Source: Oopsacas minuta (Eukaryota; Animalia; Porifera). Taken from it: 14,673 bases of DNA. The notes below the pieces were generated by a model. It ran no database searches, was not told the origin of the DNA, and worked only from the letters and a program-made list of their open reading frames with translations. Shown here piece by piece: positions 1 to 9,648 of this stretch (positions are counted from its first letter, which is position 1; each line of letters opens with the position of its first letter). A program made the position numbers and the translations under genes. Location: positions 7,410 through 22,082 of the forward strand of contig JAKMXF010000138.1 of assembly GCA_024704765.1 (NCBI GenBank). Direction: 5' to 3'.

Positions 1-390
1 CGCATTTTCCTAGAAAATGGTAAAGGCAACTTTTCCCTTAGGTAGAAGTTGAACCGACGATTTATACTTTTCTCGATCCGGCCTAATATACACAACTACC
101 TTGATAACATATTTGTTATAAATTGGGTATACACTATAAACTATATTTCTGTAAAAGTATAAGGCGATAACATTGAAAGTGCTTTAAATACTTATATTAA
201 ATACAAAATATTAGCAAGTTTGTCATAATAAAGTTGGCTCATTCTATAGTTACCGTTTAGACCATGGATGGCATATATTTTGTAGATAGCCAATTATGCG
301 GTAAAATTAGGATTATTAGGAATAGGCCACCATAACCATGACGTCACCTGGTGGACGTAATTATGACAAAGCAAATCAGTCTATTCTTTA

Positions 391-490
391 AATTTGTTAA
401 AGTGGTACTAGTAATTGGAGGCACAATAAAATGAAATTCAACCAAATACACATAGTGCCTCCAATTACCAGCGCCGCTTTAAACAAAATT
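391..490. repeat. Inverted repeat with ~35-bp arms and a 30-bp spacer
   Basis: Perfect core GTAATTGGAGGCAC (411-424) and GTGCCTCCAATTAC (455-468), extending imperfectly to 391 and 490. Confidence 0.75.
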
Positions 491-1331
491 AATCAGTAGA
501 TTAAGCTGTCGGCACAGTTTGTAATTTCATATTTTTTTGTATTAGATTTTCAATTTTGGGAGAAATGCCATTTTTCGGATTAACGAATGTTCACATTATC
601 GAATGAGGGTACGGTTATACTGTATCTCAAAAAACTATACTATACAATAGCTCAGCTATATATAAGGTATCTGAAATTCAAAATAATGCAAGAGTTTTCA
701 TCTCTATGGTTCACCAGGTGGGTACAACATGAAGTACAATACGGAACAAATAGAATTGAATGACAAGATAGACAACAGCTAAGTATAATTTTAACCTGAA
801 AGAATTCACAAGCCCAGGAGCTCCGAATCAGCCCGGATCTGGTGTGCGGTATCTACACAAGGGAGGGCTAAAAATAATCCCGAGCTGCACTACAGGTTGG
901 TCGGCTGGACATTTTATCCCAATTTTTTGATATTTTGTACAAAAGTTTCTATAGGCCATTTCTATTTCGCTTTGAAATGAAAGCTGTATTAATAAACGTT
1001 TAAGGTATAAAAACGAAGTGGGTACAGACACCGACAGTTCGTTGTCAATAGTCAATCTAGGATCTTTTTGACACCTACTGGAGCTATTTCTTGCAATTGA
1101 GTTGGGAGGTTTGTCCGGATTTTGTGAGATTTCGGAATGGGGAATTTGAAGCAAGCTACAGCTGTTGGATTTGATGAGGGTTTCGAATTAGTGAATGAAG
1201 TTGTTACCGATCGGTAACAATATTCAATCTGTGATTCTTATTGCCACCGATCAGTCGATAGCCTCACCCAAAAAATGGCATATTTGATCAAAATGCTTAC
1301 TAGACACATAGTTGGCCAATTCTTGAAATTA

Positions 1332-2091
1332 TCTATATTAATAAAACTCAATTATTGTTTGTTTGTTTGTTTGTCCACTTTGTAATAGAATAATAGGGGA
1401 AGATGATCTGCGTATCTAATATAGGGAATAAGATATCCTTCTGTTGATGATGTAGGAAAAGTAAACAATTACATTGGGGTAATCGAGTCTGTTGATTCTG
1501 ATTTACACGCTTTCGAATTAATCATATGTAAATTTATTTGTTGTTTTTACGAATATAAAGTAAACAAATAGTCGAAATGTCGAAATATACTTAGAGACTT
1601 GCTCTTTCGGTTACAATGAGATAACAAAGTATGCTGAATCCGTATTTCACATTATCAAGTTTCTCTTATGTGAATTCTTTGTTGTTTTCATATGTATAAA
1701 GTAAACAAATTGTTGAAATATTAATTATTTGCAATTTTATACTTTCCTAAATTCGAGAAATGAAGTGCAGAGTCCCATGCGAACATAAAGAGTTCGCAAG
1801 CCGCTCAACACGAGCAAGCGACTCAGCATACTCGATTACCCCAGTGCAGACGTTGAAAGTATGGTTCTACCTCAATTTTGAAATTTGTTTACTTTATGTA
1901 CCTAAAAGTAAACAAATACGTATTCACAATATGTTATTTACAATACCATATTCGGACTCAGTATACTCGAGTATGCAGAGTCTGAATACTGTAAACAACA
2001 TCAATTTTAATAATCTCAATGTTGTTTGTGCGTTGAATACTTCGAGGCGCAATGCGCCGAGTTCATCACGAAGCGACGAGCCAAAGGCTAG
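1332..2091 (+). mobile_element. Non-autonomous Helitron-like element, family 1, copy A (rearranged)
   Basis: Begins A|TCTATATTAATAAAACTCAATTATT(GTTT)n and ends ...CCAAAGGCTAG|T, giving a 5' TC, a 3' CTAG and an AT target without TSD. GC hairpin GGCGCA-A-TGCGCC at 2046-2058. The last 60 nt match copy C at about 52/60. Internal ~141-bp repeats are shared with copy C. Confidence 0.75.
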
Positions 2092-2212
2092 TAGATATTA
2101 TTATGAATATACCAATTTTAAGTTACAAAATAACGAGATAATTCTAATGATTAAATGGATTAGAAGGACATCACGTGGAGATAAAACAAGTTTCTCGTTA
2201 AAATTGGTCTAA

Positions 2213-2313
2213 TCTATACTATTAAATCTCAATGAATGTCTGTTTGTTTGTTGTTAATCCGTTGTCACTAACAGGATTTATGGTATGCTATTCCGAGATG
2301 TCAAAGCTATGTA
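2213..2313 (+). mobile_element. 5' fragment of Helitron-like family 1 (copy B)
   Basis: A|TCTATACTATTAAATCTCAAT...GTCTGTTTGTTTG...TCCGTTGTCA...AGGATTTATGGTATGC aligns with the first ~110 nt of copy C (4238 downward). No 3' end was found. Confidence 0.72.
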
Positions 2314-2447
2314 GTGTTCTCTATAACATGAAAATATCCATTTAAAGGATTTTAGATTACCAGAATTGAGGTCCAATTAAGGATTCGGATAAAAATGTAA
2401 CAAACATTAAGACCTCAAGAAAAATTTCGGGCCCGATGTTGAGAAAT

Positions 2448-2458
2448 GAGAACCACTG
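2448..2458. mobile_element. Orphan hAT-like terminus (GAGAACCACTG)
   Basis: The reverse complement is CAGTGGTTCTC, a common hAT TIR start. A degenerate partner TAGTGTTCTC at ~2312 truncates Helitron copy B, but there is no clean TSD. Confidence 0.3.
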
Positions 2459-3120
2459 CTGTAGTCTTCTAGTGAGGTCCAGATAATATATGAGGAGTTC
2501 AGAATTCTGTTAAAGATGTAATATTTCTTCATTTTACATGAATAATTCAACAATTAGGATGATATGACTGTAATTCACGATTTGATATGTTCGAATGGTC
2601 AACATCGAACCCGACCCGAAACCGATTCCAACTCTGCTTATTAGAGGGTCTACCTGAAATGGAGGAAAATAGTAGAACCGATTGAATGGTGCAACCTCGT
2701 GGGATTTGATAAGAGGACAGCAAATACACACAAATGGATAACATCTAAGGATTAACATTGATCACGAATATATATCTGATAAGGATCAGTTTGTCGGTAG
2801 ATAGCTTATTAGCCCCCCAACAACGCAAATTGGATCTTTCTCCAAAAATGTATCTAATGACTGTCATTAACTTTTCAAGCATACTAAATTATTTAAAATA
2901 TACAGTAAGGGCTGGGTATATTCAGTGCTAGATTCAGGAATGTTGGAGCCCTGTTCGAGTGCAATTGTGGGGGCCTGACAGACTGGAGACTCCACTAGCG
3001 GTTTTGGCCCATGCCAATTGGAAGAGTCATGCAGCATTCAAAGTTGCCCACCTATTCTCAAGCTTGATATCACAGTGCTTATGTATCTCATATTCAACTT
3101 TATGCTTGATATGAGAATTT

Positions 3121-3441
3121 CAGCATTATACTTCAGTTTAGGTAATTATTTTCTATTGAAAAATATTAGATACTTAAAAATTGCTCTAAGCAACAGCAAA
3201 TATGCTGAATTCAGCCTGCATGACTAAAATACGGAAAAATTTAATTTTCACACATTTATCGCCAAATTTTTTGATGGGAAAACAAATAGTACAAAATCAA
3301 AAAGATTCCCTCGAAATATACAATGCGTATAGGATTTTAGTGATGTATGTTGAAATTCAGTATATTTGCTGGTGCTAAGAGCAATTTGAGGCATATAGTA
3401 TTTATATTGGAAAATAATTATCTAGACTTGATAAAAGTGCT
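3121..3441. mobile_element. Fold-back/MITE-like element with ~110-bp inverted arms
   Basis: 3121-3230 aligns to the reverse complement of 3334-3441 at roughly three-quarters identity, for example AAATTGCTCTAAGCAACAGCAAATATGCTGAATT versus AAATTGCTCTTAGCACCAGCAAATATACTGAATT. No TSD was recognised. Confidence 0.7.
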
Positions 3442-3666
3442 ACACTACCACCCTACGTTTCCCTAGTAGCAAGGCTTGCTCTGAACTGACCTATAGTTAT
3501 AGCTAGACATTGTAAATTCTATAGCACTAAATGGGGAACTTCTATAACAGAGGCAATTTTTGTCCATCTTCATTCATTTCATAGAAATGAACCTTTATGA
3601 ACAGGGAATGGGGCATACTTATAGATAATATAATTATCCCTCACATCATTGAAATTTACCTCTATA

Positions 3667-4238
3667 CGAGCCTTTGGCACGCCGCTTGGCGATGAACTCG
3701 GCGCATTGTGCCTCGGGGTATTCAACGGACAAACAACAATTGAGAATTAATAATATTGATACTGTTTACAATATTCAGATTCAGCATACACTATTACCAC
3801 AGTATAACCATTGAAAGCATGTTTATACAACAATTTTGAAATTTGTTTACTTTATATTCATAAAAACAACAATACACTTACATATAAGAAACTTGAAAAT
3901 GCGAATTTCGGATTCAGCGTACCTACTTACCCCTTGGTAGCCGTTTAGAGCAAGCCTATACGTATATTTTGAGATTTAGATAATTTGCTTACTTTATATT
4001 CATAAAAACAACAATACATTTACATATGATTAATCCACAAGTGTGAAAATCGGATTCAGCATGTTCGATATATTTAGTGCAGTATTATTTAATTCTTTCA
4101 CTTCCTTGATAAAAAGATAAATACATAGTTTTGCGACTATTTCAAAATTGCATACCATAAATCCTTTCCTTGACAACGGACATACAAACAAACAAACAAA
4201 CAAACAAACAGACAATAATTGAGGTTTGATAATATAGA
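3667..4238 (-). mobile_element. Non-autonomous Helitron-like element, family 1, copy C (572 bp)
   Basis: The minus strand starts A|TCTATATTATCAAACCTCAATTATTGTC(TGTT)n and ends GCGCCGAGTTCATCGCCAAGCGGCGTGCCAAAGGCTCG|T, a CTAG>CTCG variant. AT target, no TSD. (CAAA)6 at 4185-4208. About 2.5 internal repeat units. Confidence 0.78.
3776..4065. repeat. ~141-bp tandem repeat inside Helitron copy C
   Basis: ACTTTATATTCATAAAAACAACAATAC recurs exactly at 3849 and 3991 (period 142). GATTCAGC recurs at ~3778, ~3912 and ~4053. The reverse-complement unit occurs in copy A (TAAAGTAAACAAAT at 1556 and 1697, period 141). Confidence 0.85.
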
Positions 4239-4589
4239 TGTGTCGAATTCGAATTTTTGTGCTAAATTTTGAAAAATACAAATATTTATCGCTATAATGT
4301 AAATTATTATATTCAGTAATGACCTTAGGGTATATAATAACTCAAATATCATTGTAAAAACAGAGTCATTGGAGGAAGTGGCTATATATTTTGACTAAAA
4401 CATCTCTGGTTAAAGGACATTTTCATTTGAAATTATACAGCAATTTAACTAATTTTCTCAATTAATCTAGCTCTTAGAATTTGCTCAAATCAAGAGAAAT
4501 TTTGTTTAGATTGAATTACAAAACTTTCACTCGATTAGCTGAGTTTGTATTTACTTAGATGGAAAGGAGTCCATTCCTTGAGATTCGTC

Positions 4590-4647
4590 CCCCAATCAAC
4601 CGGTTTTCCCGATTAACTGGTGTCACAATAAAGAAGAGTTGACTGTA
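4590..4647. mobile_element. Right end of a pogo/Tc1-type MITE
   Basis: CCCGATTAACTGGTGTCACAATAAAGAAGAGTTGACTG|TA has a reverse complement starting TA|CAGTCAACTC, a typical ITm-type terminus with TA TSD. The left end was not identified. Confidence 0.4.
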
Positions 4648-4834
4648 TGCTATACTTTGGTGTATTTTTTACTCATGCTATCTCATGGCCTACTTAATAT
4701 AGGACTACGCAAAAGCTATTTTTAGAGAGAAAAATGCTACCTTTCAAGCTGTGTTTAAACCATGTTTTCAGTGATTTAATGCTTGACAGTTGTACGTATA
4801 TAATGACAAAGGCGAATAGAAAATTTGAAAAATA

Positions 4835-5010
4835 GTAAACTTCCTATTCATCAGTGACATAGTTCATTAGCGTTTGTAAATAACTTCTCAGAGATTTTGA
4901 CATCTACTCTATAGATGGTAATCAAATACAAATATGAGAAATTTCAAAATATCTCAAAAAGTATTAACAAAAAGCTAATGAACTATATTATTAATGAATA
5001 GGAAGTTGAC
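4835..5010. mobile_element. TA-flanked MITE with ~66-bp inverted arms
   Basis: GTAAACTTCCTATTCATCAGTGACATAGTTCATTAGC... versus the reverse complement of the right arm, GTCAACTTCCTATTCATTAATAATATAGTTCATTAGC.... TA at 4833-4834 and 5011-5012 suggests a Tc1/mariner-type TSD. Confidence 0.75.
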
Positions 5011-5313
5011 TAGTACGGAACTACTGGTATAAATTTAGAGTCATAGGACTCATAGTTTTTGAGTTCTAGCTTCAACAAACAGAGACAGAAGCCTTCCCGG
5101 GGGACATATTTAGCCGGATATTAGATAGTACTTGCGCGTTTCGGTTGCTAGGTCGCTGCACGACAGCTTTGTGCCTCAGGTTAGATTAAGTATTAAACAG
5201 ATATATTTTTAGTGCTTTTGGCCGCAATGCGATGGGATAAACTCGTGCCTTGGGTATTAGGCAATTCTGATTAATACTCGAGTGCAAGCGACACGGCTCG
5301 TAATCAGTTAATA

Positions 5314-5360
5314 TACAGTCGAAATTCCGAGATCCGGACCTCCAAGATCCAGGCATTTCC
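5314..5360. mobile_element. Left end of a pogo/Tc1-type MITE
   Basis: TA|CAGTCGAAATTCCGAGATCCGGACCTCCAAGATCC. It points away from the 4645 end, so the two ends are not a pair. Confidence 0.35.
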
Positions 5361-7389
5361 GTAAACAGAAGTACAACATTTCACTATCATTGACTCAACG
5401 AAATAGAAAACGAAATCGAATACATTCGGTGGTTTGGTGGTACTATACTAGTGGTATTATATCGGTCCAGCGGGCCTAAAGCTACATCGGACGAAAAATG
5501 AATTTTTGGTCTAGCCAGATCAACTAATTTTAAATCCGGAACATATTTTTCTGATATATTTGGTCCGTCCGAAGTAAAATAACCCGGACGGAATATTTAG
5601 TGACACCCCTGGTTGATGACATAAACTTTTAGCTCACGGCGGTGCATCAGTAGTACATTCGTAAATAAAGGGGAAATAGCAAAAAATACTCAGTCAGTGT
5701 AAAGTTCAAGCGCTGCCATGCGTTTTCGAAAAAATGTTCTGGTAAACCTTTTCGAAATAACATTCATGTATTGAATACTAAACAATAATTATATAACTTA
5801 CATTATTAGATTGATTTGAATTAACATAAGATTGTTGTAGATGTTGAAATTCAACAGATTCCTGCTTTGTAAAGGCAAGACTGGAAGTATGGTGAAACAT
5901 TCTTTAATTGTGTACTTGTAGTATGGAGATAAATCGACAAAAGCGAGATCTATAAGAAAGAAAATGGGAATGGAATTCAAAAATTTACATCTGATCTTTG
6001 TAAACAAGCTATGTATAGCACTATATGAGAAGACTTTGCAAATCGAATTTAATTTCTGTACCCTGTTCGAGTTACGGATTTTCACTAGTTAATGATTATA
6101 TTTTATTTGTTCCAGGTGTTAGAACCCTATTTGCCAACAGGGTTCAATCACTAAGGTACAGGTCTGTTTGTCATTCTCTCGAGGCATTACGATTTCGGAT
6201 TAAATCTGTCTCGCCATGGTATTTAGAAAGTAGAATATATGGATCACACCCTCAAATGTAGGTCCGCAGTTGGGGCCCAGTCAACTCGTCCCAAATATTT
6301 TATGTCATTTGTGCCTATTTAGGCACAAATCATCTGTATTTTGGAAATTCTTTCATTATTCTTGGTTAACTCGACCAACATCTTTTGACCAACCCGTATG
6401 TACCTACTTTATGATAACCTTGTTCATCAACTCGATTATAAGTCATTTCGCTACTAAACAACTTCGTACTGTGGACATTTAGTACCTAATTGCAATTTCT
6501 CAACCAAAATAATTGTAGTGGATCCGAGTCCGAGGGCGGCTACAGTCCTTACTTAATGGAGTCTATGATTTATATCAAAGATTGCAACCGCCTATAATAG
6601 CTAAATATTCGGTTGAGATCAAATATGCCTGCCAAATAGTTTAATATTTAGCTCGCTCATGAATATCAGTATTAAGTATTAAGTATTCGGATGACCAACT
6701 ATTTAGTCAACGAATATTCGGGTCGAGCGGTTTCAACCTTGATTTAGATTCAGACGAACCTCAAAGTAACCTGTACCCGAACATAGCTTAGCGTATCATG
6801 AATATTTCGTCTGTGTTATTTTCGTAGTTTACAAGGCCATGAATATATTTTGACAACTAAAAGTAAATCTCAAGATATAATTCAGTGTAATATTACTTAC
6901 CAATCCAATCAAAATCGTAAAATTCGAAGATATCAATGAGATGTTAAGAAGAAGAAATATTCGTATTCTTGTAGCTCAGGATTTAAATAAAAACTGAGTG
7001 CCTAATGAATTTGGCAGGAGAGAGAAGAAGGTGCTAAGTATACACAAGAGGTGAAGAGTTGACTAATTAAGAAGAAGTGAGAATACGTGAGCTAATGTTA
7101 TACCATTATAGGTTTCCTTCCAGGAGTGAATAATATATCTCTTGCATCAGTATGGTAGCTTGAATGAGAAATTACCAATGAACTATTATAAGTTACACAA
7201 GAATGGAATAAGAAATTGATATTCAAAGATCTATATTTCAACTTGTGCCCACAGCCAGCATTGATTAATTGAAGAAAGTTAATTGGATAATTATTTTAAA
7301 GCACTATAATTGAAAGGTGATTATTAATAGCCGGGATGGAATTGTAAGCTTTAAGGGTGAGCTGTCCACCGAACTGAAACTAATTTGGA

Positions 7390-7787
7390 TCAGTGGTGTA
7401 CCGACGAATAGTAACGCTATTCGTCGCTAGGGGCGAACTCATATTTTCAATTTTTGTACACCTATGATGTCGTAATAATTATATGATGAGTTTACAGTTG
7501 TTCAAAGTGATGCAGTCATGAGATTAGGCATATTATGAGGTATCTGTGTTTCAAATTACAACCATCTATCATTTATATTGGCTGAGCAGTGGCTAAGAAT
7601 GTGATTTTTCGAAAGTCCAAAAGGTCATAATTTCGTCATAGGTTTGAATTTTCGCCCAAGACTCTAACTTATCCGAGCCAGGCCCAAAATACCCCTGTAT
7701 GCCAAAATCAGCCCTGGGGTCCTCCAGTTTCTTCAATCAATCCTGGACATACAAACATATATATATATATAATTACACATATATAGA
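7390..7787 (-). mobile_element. Non-autonomous Helitron-like element, family 2 (398 bp)
   Basis: The minus strand starts A|TCTATATATGTG...(AT)n GTTTGTATGTCC. It has a perfect 10-bp stem CGACGAATAG-TAACG-CTATTCGTCG at 7402-7426, about 12 nt from the end GGTACACCACTGA|T. The A and T flanks are consistent with an AT target. The terminus is CTGA rather than CTRR. Confidence 0.65.
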
Positions 7788-9648
7788 TTAATTGCGTTTA
7801 AATAGGATGGACATCATTGTGGGAGAGTAGGTGTGATAGGGATTATTATTGAATATAGGTAATGCACCACTCTAGTTAAATGTACTGACCAATCTCCAGG
7901 TGAGTTGATTGAGAATTGACAGAATTATTAAGTGTTAAGTTGTGCTCATATTTCACTGCTGGAATTCGCTGCGGACTTTCCAAGGTAAAGTTTACACTCG
8001 TAGATTTCAGAGGCAATTTGTCAGTCATCTACTCCAATGACTGTTTTACCAATGATATTTGATGATAAAAACATGCCTTAAGGTTATTGGTTGAATATAA
8101 TAATTTGTAACCAAATTTCTTTTGAGAAACCCAAATACTTCGATTCAGAAATGGGCTGTTTCATCGAAACTTGATCCACACCATGGATGTAGTACATCTA
8201 TAGAAACTTAATTCGATTATTACACATACAGAGGCGTAGCCAAAAAGTATGTTAAGGTAATCAATTTCAAGAAATTGACTGTCGAAAAAGTGAATGCGCG
8301 TGGTATTCGAGCCCGAAGGCAACAGGGTATTAGAGAATGATGAAATACGCTAATCAAACAGAATGATCAACAACTATTGAATGCGATATAAAAGCTCAAG
8401 TCCACATTAAATAGCTTGAAAAACACAACCATAATTGAGAGGCATGATCAAGTAATCGAAACAAAATTCCCATCAACAAGAAACCAAAAACTAAATACAC
8501 AGACCCTCATATTATTTATTGTATTATAATATGGACGAAAACTGTGCTCTGTATATTATTTCTATTAAATAATCCCATGTTGGTAAACTAAACTAATGAA
8601 ACTCTATTTGAAATTCATTGAAGCTAATGGATATTGAACAATAACCCAATCAACATATATAATAAATAGAAATACATACAATTACAATAATAACACATAC
8701 ACTTCACAAAATCATCATAAAAACCTTTTTACGTTTTTCTATAGCTCTAAAAGTTACAAGTGATTAATAGTTCTTAATCTTGTTGGCAAGAAAGCAATTA
8801 GCAGTAATAAAATTAGTTTACGTAAGATATCCCATTTACTGACATTACGGATACAATAGTCTGATTCCCAGATATTAATACTTGCATCATCTTCCATGTA
8901 CGTATATCAATGCGAGCTCAACGAATATTTCGAGCTGGACCGTGTACAAGTAGATTCGCCAACTGATCATTGTCCTCATTAGCAAACAGAATCTTCCAGA
9001 GAGAGTAATGATTGAGCTAAGAACAAGCTCAGATAAATACTGAGCACACCTCAAACACTTCAATCTGCTAATTGCAAGAGCTTGAATTGAGAAATCTAAT
9101 CACTGTGAGGAATAAATTCTTTATCATAAGTTAGCGTATTAGTGCACTAACTACACTCCTGAAACCCTTTAAAGAATCTATAGACGAATATCCTCCGATA
9201 AAGCTAACGACTGGAAATCTGCAGAGTGTATTCAATTGATAATATTTCACCAAATCCATTAAGATAAGGTTCAAGAACTATTTGGTCATCACGAGGAGTA
9301 ATAGAAGGTGAAGTAAAGATTTTACAAATGTATGTATGGATTGAGACAAGTCCTATAGGTCAGAAACTTTTTAGGATATCAGAGAGCTTAAGACGACGCT
9401 CGGATTCAGAGTTTGAGTGTAAGAAATATGATAATCCGAGCCAACCATCATAGGATAGAGTCCAAATGATGTTCTAATAGGTCTGTTTGCTGAAATGCAG
9501 ACAAAACATAAGATCCACATGAGTCAGTTAGATAATTTGTTATCTGTTCTAAAGCAATACACGCGTGTCTCAAACTAGTATACGCTTGGTTACTCAATTT
9601 ACCCGATTTCCAGGCAAGGACTGCCAAGCATCAAGCCAATACACTATA

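Noticed and set aside
1760-2212. 150-aa ORF on the plus strand
   Set aside because: It runs through the rearranged non-coding Helitron body and past its 3' end, has no recognisable motif, and is probably a chance open frame.
2534-2758. Overlapping short minus-strand ORFs with a polypyrimidine acceptor near 2654
   Set aside because: The frames are short, there is no clear donor, and no homology is recognisable, so support for an exon is insufficient.
3776-4065. CRISPR-like repeat-spacer pattern
   Set aside because: The period is ~141 bp, the intervening sequence is itself homologous, there are only 2-3 units, the context is eukaryotic, and there are no cas genes.
5798-6085. Minus ORF containing FFLIDLAFVDL, resembling rhodopsin-GPCR TM2
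   Set aside because: There is no TM1 GN motif or further helices. The hydrophobicity is the expected shadow of an A-rich opposite strand.
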